This document shows positions 44,626 through 52,058 of a stretch of 64,000 nt of DNA, piece by piece. A model generated the notes under the pieces. That model saw only the letters and a program-made list of their open reading frames with translations, searched no databases and was not told the origin of the DNA. The stretch is from an uncultured bacterium (GTDB lineage Bacteria > Vulcanimicrobiota > Xenobia > Xenobiales > Xenobiaceae). A program made the position numbers and the translations under genes. The number at the start of each line of letters is the position of its first letter. Positions within the stretch are counted from its first letter, which is position 1. The DNA is taken from the NCBI GenBank assembly GCA_934621605.1, contig CAKTUZ010000005.1:10862-74861 (forward strand), written 5' to 3'.

Positions 44626-46071
44626 ATGAGTAAAATTTTTCTTAATAAGCGCTCTTGGAAAGTTTTAGTTACTTTTCTTATAGTGTTGGGCTTGTGCACC
44701 GTTTTGAGTGCATGCTCCGACGATGACGAGTTGGCTAATCCCTCTCGCGCTTCTATTCTGGTAACTCACGAAATTTCTTCCGCTAAAATAGGAGCTTCGG
44801 CTCGTGCTTTAGGTTCCGATATTCACAGTGTGATTTACTATTGCTACAATAGCCAAGGCGTACGCACTTTTGGCCCGGCCCAGTTGGTAAAAGCTCACCA
44901 AGTGCTTTTGCAAGCCGTTCCAGTTGAATCTACTTCTATTGGCATGACCTACTACAATAGCGACGGTAAAGCTTTGGCTTACTACAGCCAACCTGTCAGC
45001 TTAAAAGTGGGCCAGGTCTATGAAGTAACCAATCCCGAGTGGAAATATCTTGACGAAATCGACAATATGGTCGGCTTAGAAATCGCTCAAGACGAGATGC
45101 GTTTGCATACCGGCGACGACGCCATTTTCTATGCTTTGGCTTTATTTAAAGATGCCACTAGCGGTAAGGTTTATCCTCAGCTTTTCACCGGTATGTGCGA
45201 TTGGAAGAGCAGCAATACTAAAGTTGCTTCTTTAACTAAGCAAACTGACGATGGCGAAAACACTTTGGGCAACGGCAAGTTCTACACTTTAGCTGCCGGC
45301 AGTGCTGACATAAGTGCTACTTTCCAAAAATATACTGATACCGTAACCTTAAATGTTACAGATGCTGATATTACGGGAGTAAAATTTGCTGAAACTGAAG
45401 TCACTTTGCCTTTAGGCTTGCCTTCTTACGAGTGTCCCTTAATAGCTACTTGGTCTGACGGCGAAACTACCGATGTAAGTTACCAGAGCAACTGGAGTTC
45501 TAGCAATATCGATCGCGTTTTAGCTAGCTATGGCGCTATCTTCCCCAAATCTTGCCACGAAACTGAAGAACAGCCTACTACTATTACCGCTACTTGCACT
45601 TCCAATGGCAACAGTTATCAAGCTCAGTGTCAAGTTACCGTAGTTAATGGTACTTTCAAAGGTGTAAGTGTCAATATCGATCCCGAGCCTGTCTATGTGG
45701 GTGAAAGTAGTATTATTGAAGTTTTTGCCACTTTTACCGTTAATGGAGCAGAGAAGAGTTACGAAATAGATGATTCCAGTTCCTATACAGTAACTTCCTC
45801 CGATCCTAAAGTAGCTTCTGTCAGCCTTTACGGTATTTCGTTGGAAGGTTTATCCGTAGGTACTACAGAGCTGACTGTAAAGTTTGATAGTGGAGAAATT
45901 AAGGGAGACATCACTGTTACAGTTCCTGTTATTGAGCGTTCTGCTTCCGGTACTGATGTTGACACCGACGAAGATGGTGGTAATGAAGATGGCGATGGGA
46001 CCGGAGATTCTGAAGGCGACGGCAGCGGCGAAGGGGAAGATGGCGGCGACATCGACATCGGTGGCCTGTAA
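44626..46071 (+). CDS. Paralogous surface lipoprotein family member P4 with Big_2-like Ig domains and acidic Gly/Asp tail
   Basis: MSKIFLN...VLSA|CSDDDELANP. N-terminal module is related to P1-P3 (IGMTYYNSDGKALAYY). Big_2-like segments (SSNTKVASLT...GKFYTLAAGSADISATF; SSDPKVASVS...GLSVGTTELTV). The tail is DTDEDGGNEDGDGTGDSEGDGSGEGEDGGDIDIGGL. Confidence 0.7.
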   Translation: MSKIFLNKRSWKVLVTFLIVLGLCTVLSACSDDDELANPSRASILVTHEISSAKIGASARALGSDIHSVIYYCYNSQGVRTFGPAQLVKAHQVLLQAVPVESTSIGMTYYNSDGKALAYYSQPVSLKVGQVYEVTNPEWKYLDEIDNMVGLEIAQDEMRLHTGDDAIFYALALFKDATSGKVYPQLFTGMCDWKSSNTKVASLTKQTDDGENTLGNGKFYTLAAGSADISATFQKYTDTVTLNVTDADITGVKFAETEVTLPLGLPSYECPLIATWSDGETTDVSYQSNWSSSNIDRVLASYGAIFPKSCHETEEQPTTITATCTSNGNSYQAQCQVTVVNGTFKGVSVNIDPEPVYVGESSIIEVFATFTVNGAEKSYEIDDSSSYTVTSSDPKVASVSLYGISLEGLSVGTTELTVKFDSGEIKGDITVTVPVIERSASGTDVDTDEDGGNEDGDGTGDSEGDGSGEGEDGGDIDIGGL

Positions 46072-46099
46072 TTTGCTTACCAAACTTCAATAAGTCATA

Positions 46100-46143
46100 A
46101 AAAATGAGCCCTCTGCTTTTAGCGGAAGGGCTCAATTTTTTTT
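46100..46143. terminator. Bidirectional intrinsic terminator shared by P4 and the convergent rSAM/SPASM gene
   Basis: GAGCCCTCTGC-TTTTA-GCGGAAGGGCTC hairpin, with an A-run on one side and a T-run on the other. Confidence 0.8.
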
Positions 46144-47248
46144 ACTTTTCTTCAACTTGCCAGCGCTCTAAGCTGCCGGGAATTTCTGAACTGAGTCGCT
46201 CCAAAATAGCTTGCATAGCTTCGCACATAATGGTTTGTCGATCCGGATCGCCGCTGAGTTGGCGCTCCCAGGCGCAACCTCCGCGACAGAAATGGAACCA
46301 CTTGCAATTGCGGCAATTGACGGGGATTTGCGCCCAACGTCGGAAAAATTCTATAGCTTTGGGAGAAGTCATCAGCTCTTTTAAGGTATGCTGATGAATA
46401 TTGCCTAAGCAGAATTCTTTCATGCCGGAAAATTCGTCGCAAGGGTAGACGTCACCGTTGTGAGCAAAGCCCACAAAGTGGGAACATTTGCCTTGCAATT
46501 TGCAATAATGCGGTGTATGACCGGCCAATTTGCGGGAAATTTCAGAAAGGATACGTACTCGGAAGTTGGGATTGCCTATAGCCAACCAGCGATCCAAAAC
46601 GCGCATAATAAAATCTTTATATTGCTTGCCGCTGATTTCTACTTCGAAATGGCCTTCATGGAAACGGGTTGAGGGAACAAAGTCCATTTCTCGGACGCCT
46701 TGGCTTTCGAACCAATCGACCAATTCTTCAGGATGTTCCAAGCCTCGAGGAGTAAGTACGGCCGATACGCGGGGATTTATTCCCATTTTGCGCAAATGGG
46801 TAATGCCCTTCCATACGGCTTCAAAAGTGCCTTTACCGGCTTGGGTTCCGGCTCTGTATACGCGCTGTTGATCGTGTAACCAAGGAGGGCCGTCCAAACT
46901 GACAGTGACGGCAAAGCCTCTTTTAGCTAAAAGGTCAGCCCACTCATCGTTAATGAGCGTACCGTTAGTTTGTAAGCCGTGGTAGACGGTACGTCCGGCA
47001 AAATACTGATCCACTAATTCCATCGCTTGAGCGAAGCGCTTGACGCCATAGAGGGTAGGTTCGCCGCCGAACCACAAAAGATGGATAGAGCCTTGAGTAT
47101 TTTGGGCTACCGCTTCGAGGGATTTTTCTAACGTCGCCCGGTCCATAAAATAACCGGAGCCCAGCTTCCCATCCTGACAGCAATACTTGCAGGCGAGGTT
47201 GCAGGACTCGGTTAATTTAAAGACTGGCCTTAATTGGCCGGAAATCAC
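46142..47248 (-). CDS. Radical SAM/SPASM-domain enzyme (candidate peptide maturase)
   Basis: CNLACKYC (CX3CX2C) at residues 16-23, GGEPTL and LQTNGTL. C-terminal SPASM Cys pattern YCKLQGKCSHF...VYPCDEF...CRNCKWFHFCRGGC. The GTG start overlaps the TGA of the upstream 30-aa ORF. Confidence 0.85.
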   Translation of the reverse strand: MISGQLRPVFKLTESCNLACKYCCQDGKLGSGYFMDRATLEKSLEAVAQNTQGSIHLLWFGGEPTLYGVKRFAQAMELVDQYFAGRTVYHGLQTNGTLINDEWADLLAKRGFAVTVSLDGPPWLHDQQRVYRAGTQAGKGTFEAVWKGITHLRKMGINPRVSAVLTPRGLEHPEELVDWFESQGVREMDFVPSTRFHEGHFEVEISGKQYKDFIMRVLDRWLAIGNPNFRVRILSEISRKLAGHTPHYCKLQGKCSHFVGFAHNGDVYPCDEFSGMKEFCLGNIHQHTLKELMTSPKAIEFFRRWAQIPVNCRNCKWFHFCRGGCAWERQLSGDPDRQTIMCEAMQAILERLSSEIPGSLERWQVEEK

Positions 47249-47337
47249 GCCTTAACCCAGCAAACGCAGTCTTTTTCTTCGGGATCAGCATTGATAGCTG
47301 CAGCGATTACAGCATTAACTTCTTTGGTCTCTGCCAT
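47245..47337 (-). CDS. 30-aa candidate RiPP precursor peptide MAETKEVNAVIAAAINADPEEKDCVCWVKA
   Basis: Translated by hand and absent from the ORF track because it is under 60 aa. AAGGAG ends 8 nt before the ATG (47335-47337). An in-frame TAA lies 15 nt upstream. The TGA stop (47245-47247) overlaps the maturase GTG (47246-47248). Confidence 0.6.
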   Translation of the reverse strand: MAETKEVNAVIAAAINADPEEKDCVCWVKA

Positions 47338-47353
47338 TTTGATTTCTCCTTAT

Positions 47354-47384
47354 ATTGTAGGCGGCGGGGTTGAAATGAAAGCAA
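47354..47384 (-). promoter_or_regulatory. Possible sigma70-type promoter for the peptide/rSAM operon
   Basis: On the reverse strand, TTGCTT (47379-47384) - 19 nt - TACAAT (47354-47359), just upstream of the peptide RBS. The spacer is longer than optimal. Confidence 0.25.
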
Positions 47385-47512
47385 CCTCGTGTATTTTGTC
47401 TTTGGCTAGTCGTTATAGGCGGCTCAGCCAAAAAGACGAATGGCCGCCTTCGCTTCCTGAGGAATGCGCTCCTGCTTTGATTTAGGGCCTTAAGCAAGGG
47501 AAGACTCGGCCT

Positions 47513-48889
47513 CTATTTTTTATCTTGTTGGTCGACTTGAGGTTGTGTCTCCTTAACAGTAACCTCTTTAGAAGTGGGCTCTTGAGTCTGTCCCTCGGCA
47601 GTATTTTGAGTTTCGGCAGCGTTGATTGCGGCAAGTTCGGAGCTTTTTAAGCCGTATTGACGCAACTTATGAACTAATTGTTTGCTGTCTTTAACTTTGC
47701 CATGTACTTTGCTGACTATTTGCTTTACCGATTCGCGAGCTGGTACGGTGGCATTGGCTTCGGGAGGGTAAGGCGTTTCCGGCAAGCGCATATCTTCTTC
47801 GGTAAGTGGGCCGAAAGCTGGGTTCTTCTCTACGTAAAATTCTATACATACTCTGGTAATGGCCGCCAAAGGAATAGCTATAAGCATACCCATAATGCCG
47901 CCGATTTCGGCTCCGGCAATTAAAGCTACCATTACTGTAAGGGGAGGCAATTTGACAGAGCGTCCAATTACAGCCGGCACAATAATATGGCCTTCTAGCC
48001 AGTGTACGGCTTGCAAAACAATGATGGTAAAGACGGCAAAGAGCGGCCCTTTATTGAGTAGGGCAATAATAAAGGCTGGTATGTAGCTTATGGCTACGCC
48101 CACGTAGGGAATAATATCGATAAGGCCGGAAAATACTCCGATTAAGACGGCATAATCGATGCCCATAATCCAGAGAGAGATTCCAACAAAAAAACCGATA
48201 GTGACACAGACAATAAGTTGGCCGCGAATAAATTTGCCCAAGACATAGTCTATACGGCGTAATAAATCGACGGCTCCGCTGCGCCAAGCTTTGGGTAAAC
48301 AGCCGACAAAACTTTCTTTATAAACTCCGGCGTCCATTAGAATATAGAAGACCAAGAGGGGGACGAGTATGGCGCCGCCCATAATACTGGCCATGCTGCG
48401 CACTCCGGAGAGGAAGCCGGGCATAGAATTTTTGACTAAACTGGGACTGTTGCTTTGCATAAATTGCATTATATGCTGAGTGCTGAGCTTTTCCGGATCT
48501 ACCATAGGCTTAAGTGTAGTCGGCAACCAGCTCTGAATAGTGAGGGCCCATTGTGAGGTAATGTGATTTAAGTTGGCCGACATTGTGCTCATATTACTGA
48601 GTAAACGATGAAATTCAAGTTTGACAATGGGTAACAAATAAGCCACAAAAAAGCTTATTAAAGCCAACAGAACCAAATATATGATCACTATGGCTGTAGT
48701 TTTTGGTACTCCCTTTTCATGCAAGAAATGGACGCCGGGAGCGATTAAATAAGTGACCAAGACAGACACGATCAAAATATTGACGATCATGTGAATTTGG
48801 CCTAAGAACCAGCAAAAGGCTCCGATTAAGATTAAAAGTCCCAATAAATAGAAAATTATATGGAACTTATTTTTATTATTAGAATCCAT
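47513..48889 (-). CDS. AI-2E (PerM/UPF0118) family transporter with a hydrophilic C-terminal tail of roughly 100 aa
   Basis: Multiple TM segments and the conserved region GLIDIIPYVGVAISYIPAFIIAL. The tail starts after FYVEKNP. Confidence 0.75.
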   Translation of the reverse strand: MDSNNKNKFHIIFYLLGLLILIGAFCWFLGQIHMIVNILIVSVLVTYLIAPGVHFLHEKGVPKTTAIVIIYLVLLALISFFVAYLLPIVKLEFHRLLSNMSTMSANLNHITSQWALTIQSWLPTTLKPMVDPEKLSTQHIMQFMQSNSPSLVKNSMPGFLSGVRSMASIMGGAILVPLLVFYILMDAGVYKESFVGCLPKAWRSGAVDLLRRIDYVLGKFIRGQLIVCVTIGFFVGISLWIMGIDYAVLIGVFSGLIDIIPYVGVAISYIPAFIIALLNKGPLFAVFTIIVLQAVHWLEGHIIVPAVIGRSVKLPPLTVMVALIAGAEIGGIMGMLIAIPLAAITRVCIEFYVEKNPAFGPLTEEDMRLPETPYPPEANATVPARESVKQIVSKVHGKVKDSKQLVHKLRQYGLKSSELAAINAAETQNTAEGQTQEPTSKEVTVKETQPQVDQQDKK

Positions 48890-48935
48890 ATTTGAGATGG
48901 TAAAAAGTCCTTGTTAAATTTTTGCTTTATTGTTT

Positions 48936-50012
48936 CTAGAAGGCGACAATAACCTTTCTGGCTTCTATTATACCTGCAGCGTTTGCCATGCCCTGCACGG
49001 AAATGGCCATGCCCGGTTGAATATTGGCTAAGTCGACAGTCTGTCCGGAAGTATTGGTGGGACTGACCATTTGGTGCAGTATTACCTGAGTGGGTTGATT
49101 TTGGCCGTCGGGCATAATTGTTAAGCTGCGGGTGCGAGCGTCGGAGCTTATAACGCGGCCGCTGAAAGTGACTAATTGCATGGAAAAGGGACCGTTGGGA
49201 GCTGGCATAAAGTTGCCCTGTTCTTCTTTATCTTTGTCGTCGCCACCATAAATTAAAGAAGCGGTGCTGTTAAATTGGGCTTCGTTGCCCAAACTGTAAG
49301 GATTTTGAGCGTAAGGATTGGCTCCGCCTAAATTGGTCTGGCCATTTTGGCTCATATTGGCTTGGGGAGAAGTTTGGGTAGCCGGAGTTGCGCCCTGAGC
49401 GATAGTGGCCGGATTGCCGGCATTAGGGAAAGCGCTGTTGCTGGGGATGCCGTTAGTTCCGGAGTTGGTATTGGAACCAGGGAAATTGCCACCTATGCCC
49501 AAGGGGCCCATTACATTGGGAGCTGCTCCTGTTGCATTGGAAAAGACGCTGGTTAAAGTGGCTGCTGGGCCTGCGGTACCGGCAAATCCTCCTACAGTAG
49601 TGGGGTTGGGCGTACCGGCGTGGCGGGCAACTACATTTTTTGAGGACATAAAATCGGCAATTAAGTCGCATTCCAAAGGATCGCCTACTACCGAGCCGCA
49701 AATGCGCACACAAACTCTCATTTGCGGGCGGAAGGCGTTGCTGGAAGCTTTTTGGCCATTGAGCATAAACTGACATCCCGGGCGCATAATAATAGTTTTT
49801 ACTACACCATCATCACGCTGGATTTGCATACGGCGACCGCCAGGATTGTAACTTTTGATAAGACCAGAAATGGTCGGTTTACCGGCCCAAGCCAAAGCCG
49901 GATAGAAAAAAATGGCGATCAAAAATAGAGCAGCGGTTTGCTTCAATAATTTATGTAAAAAAACAACTTGCGTCATATCAATTTGCTCAAACTCCTTCAT
50001 CTCTTTTTTCAA
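48936..50012 (-). CDS. Secreted/membrane-anchored protein with a central Asn/Gly/Pro/Ala/Gln-rich low-complexity region
   Basis: Hydrophobic N-terminal segment ALFLIAIFFYPALAWA. Two beta-rich ends flank the low-complexity linker. The start is uncertain (TTG 50012, ATG 50000 or ATG 49976). Confidence 0.45.
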   Translation of the reverse strand: MKKEMKEFEQIDMTQVVFLHKLLKQTAALFLIAIFFYPALAWAGKPTISGLIKSYNPGGRRMQIQRDDGVVKTIIMRPGCQFMLNGQKASSNAFRPQMRVCVRICGSVVGDPLECDLIADFMSSKNVVARHAGTPNPTTVGGFAGTAGPAATLTSVFSNATGAAPNVMGPLGIGGNFPGSNTNSGTNGIPSNSAFPNAGNPATIAQGATPATQTSPQANMSQNGQTNLGGANPYAQNPYSLGNEAQFNSTASLIYGGDDKDKEEQGNFMPAPNGPFSMQLVTFSGRVISSDARTRSLTIMPDGQNQPTQVILHQMVSPTNTSGQTVDLANIQPGMAISVQGMANAAGIIEARKVIVAF

Positions 50013-50209
50013 TTGTACACGATTTTTGCTTTTTCGGTTAATTGCCTATATTTTTGTATAAAGATCGTCGACAGTTGTTTGTTTTGAATTTAGTTTTGCT
50101 GGAAGCCCTCTATCGCGCGGGTAGGGGATGAAACGATTGTGGCGAATTTTCCCGTGTATACGGTGTATCACTTATTCTTGGGCGCTTAACCGGCGGGAGG
50201 TTTATCATT

Positions 50210-50602
50210 ATGGATGCGCAGACCAATGCTTTGATAAAAAGTTTAATCCACATGATGTGGGTTGACGGTGTGATTGAAGAGCACGAACGTGAATTCTTAG
50301 GCAGCGTAATTTCTGAGCTCGGCTGTACCAAAGAAGAAATGGAAGAAATCTCTAAAATGATGGTCGTTCCTCCCACTGAAGAACTTGACTTTGACGTGGA
50401 TAGCATTGAGCCCAGCAAGCGCGAAGAAATTTTGCAAGCGGCTGCAGCTATGGCTATGGTTGATGGCGTTTTGGTCGGCAGCGAGAAAAATTTGTTCGAA
50501 GTTTTGGCTTCTCACTTGGATATTCCCATCGCCAGACGTCAAGCTTTGATTGAAGAAGTGCGTCAAGGTGTAACTTCCGTGCGTTCGTTGCGAGAGGAAT
50601 AG
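50210..50602 (+). CDS. TerB-like (tellurite-resistance/DjlA N-terminal-type) domain protein
   Basis: LIHMMWVDGVIEEHEREFLGSVISELG and AAAAMAMVDGVLVGSEKNLF form the duplicated TerB-type helix pattern. GGGAGG RBS. Confidence 0.55.
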   Translation: MDAQTNALIKSLIHMMWVDGVIEEHEREFLGSVISELGCTKEEMEEISKMMVVPPTEELDFDVDSIEPSKREEILQAAAAMAMVDGVLVGSEKNLFEVLASHLDIPIARRQALIEEVRQGVTSVRSLREE

Positions 50603-50609
50603 GCTTTTT

Positions 50610-51272
50610 TTGCTTCTTCAACCTTCGATAGTCTTTGAAAATAACGCTTGGGCCGTGATCGTTAAGCCTGTGGGTATGCCTGCTCAGCCCGATCCTGGCC
50701 GGGCGTTTTCTCTTTTAGATTGGGCTCAGCAACAATGGGGAAAAGCCTATGTAGTCAACCGCTTAGATAGGCCCGCAGGCGGTCTGATGCTTATGGCCAA
50801 AACTTCCGCTGGAGCTGCTGCTCTCAATAAGCTGTTGCAAACTGATCGGGTTGATAAGTCATATCTGGTGCTTATAGAAAACGGCAGTCGTCTGTCTGAT
50901 AGCGCTGCCTCTTTAGAAGATTATTTGCTTAAAGACGGGCGGGCCAATCTTTCTCGCGCAGTCAGTGCTGCAGAGCCCGGTGCCAAATTAGCTCGGTTGA
51001 ATTATAAAGTTTTGGCCCGGGGGCGGACGCGTACTTTGGTGGAAGTGCAGTTGGAGACTGGTCGTCACCATCAAATTAGAGCCCAGTTTGCCAATTTGGG
51101 CTGCCCAGTAGCTGGCGATATTAAATATGGAGCTGGTAGCGCTTTGCGCCAAGGAGGTATAGCCTTATGGTCTTACAAGGTCAGCTTCCCTTGGAAAAAA
51201 GCTGACCTTGCTTTTACTTATTGGCCCGCTGGCCGAGTGTGGCAGCCATTTTTAGATATGCTGGAGAAGTAG
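50610..51272 (+). CDS. RluA-family pseudouridine synthase (no S4 domain)
   Basis: Catalytic VVNRLDRPAGGLMLMAKT and GRHHQIRAQFA motifs. TTG start. Confidence 0.8.
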   Translation: MLLQPSIVFENNAWAVIVKPVGMPAQPDPGRAFSLLDWAQQQWGKAYVVNRLDRPAGGLMLMAKTSAGAAALNKLLQTDRVDKSYLVLIENGSRLSDSAASLEDYLLKDGRANLSRAVSAAEPGAKLARLNYKVLARGRTRTLVEVQLETGRHHQIRAQFANLGCPVAGDIKYGAGSALRQGGIALWSYKVSFPWKKADLAFTYWPAGRVWQPFLDMLEK

Positions 51273-51275
51273 AAA

Positions 51276-52058
51276 ATGGCTGTCACACATGATGCGTGCG
51301 CTTCCGCTCCCCCTTTGGAAGCCTTCCTACACGAAGGCTGGGGTTGTATTACTTTGCAAAGACCTCGTAAAGCCAACGCTTACAACGCGCCCATGTTGGA
51401 AAGTTTGCGTTCTGCTTTGAGCCAATGGCAACAAGAGGGAAAGCAAGCTCTTATTATCAAGTCGGCTCAGCCGCGTTTTTTCTGTGCCGGAGCTGACAAA
51501 GACGAATTAGAGGCGCGTTCCGGTTTAGATGCCTTTAACCTTTTAGCTCGCGAGGTCTTTGCTGAACTGTACGCTTGGCCGGGACTTACTATAGCTGTAA
51601 TTGAAGGTGCGGCTCGAGGTGGCGGTGTGGAGTTGGCTCTAGCTTGCGATGTGCGTTTGGTTACGGCGCAGGCTAGCTTCGCTTTTCCCGAACTTAGCCT
51701 AAGTCTTATGCCCGCCGCCGGGGGGATCGGCCGTTTAACCCAATTGGCAGGTCCCGGCCTGACTAAAAGTATGGTGTTAGCAGGCCAAGTGTTAGGGGGA
51801 GCGGAAGCGCACGCTGTGGGGCTGGCCGCTTATTTTTGCCAGGATGGAGCTGCAGCTGTCGACTTGGCTGAGCGCCTGGCCCGGCGAGCGGCCAGCTTAG
51901 ATAGGGCAGCTTTGCTTTTAGCAAAGCAGCAATGTAACGCGGCCGCCTGCGGAGCTTGGGGAAGAGAAGCGCAGGCGGCTTTCGAGGGGGCAGCGCAAGC
52001 TTTTTTGTATGAGCGGCGCAGCCAAATATTAAGAAAAGAGCAGCATTTTCATGGATAA
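51276..52058 (+). CDS. Enoyl-CoA hydratase/isomerase (crotonase) family protein
   Basis: ITLQRPRKANAYN...FFCAGADKDEL...GAARGGGVELALACD oxyanion-hole pattern. Visibly GC-richer than its neighbours. Confidence 0.8.
   Translation: MAVTHDACASAPPLEAFLHEGWGCITLQRPRKANAYNAPMLESLRSALSQWQQEGKQALIIKSAQPRFFCAGADKDELEARSGLDAFNLLAREVFAELYAWPGLTIAVIEGAARGGGVELALACDVRLVTAQASFAFPELSLSLMPAAGGIGRLTQLAGPGLTKSMVLAGQVLGGAEAHAVGLAAYFCQDGAAAVDLAERLARRAASLDRAALLLAKQQCNAAACGAWGREAQAAFEGAAQAFLYERRSQILRKEQHFHG

Noticed and set aside
45828-46135. Five overlapping small track ORFs on both strands at the 3' end of P4.
   Set aside because: They arise from the repetitive GGN/GAN coding of the Gly/Asp/Glu tail, which leaves several frames open. 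Only the P4 frame is continuous with a long, lipobox-bearing gene.
46142-47248. Interpreting the rSAM/SPASM enzyme as an anaerobic sulfatase-maturating enzyme.
   Set aside because: The overall layout is anSME-like. However, no sulfatase gene is in the window, and the gene is start/stop-coupled to a 30-aa ORF lacking the C/S-x-P/A-x-R sulfatase motif. The anSME assignment is not adopted, though only an HMM or phylogeny can exclude it.
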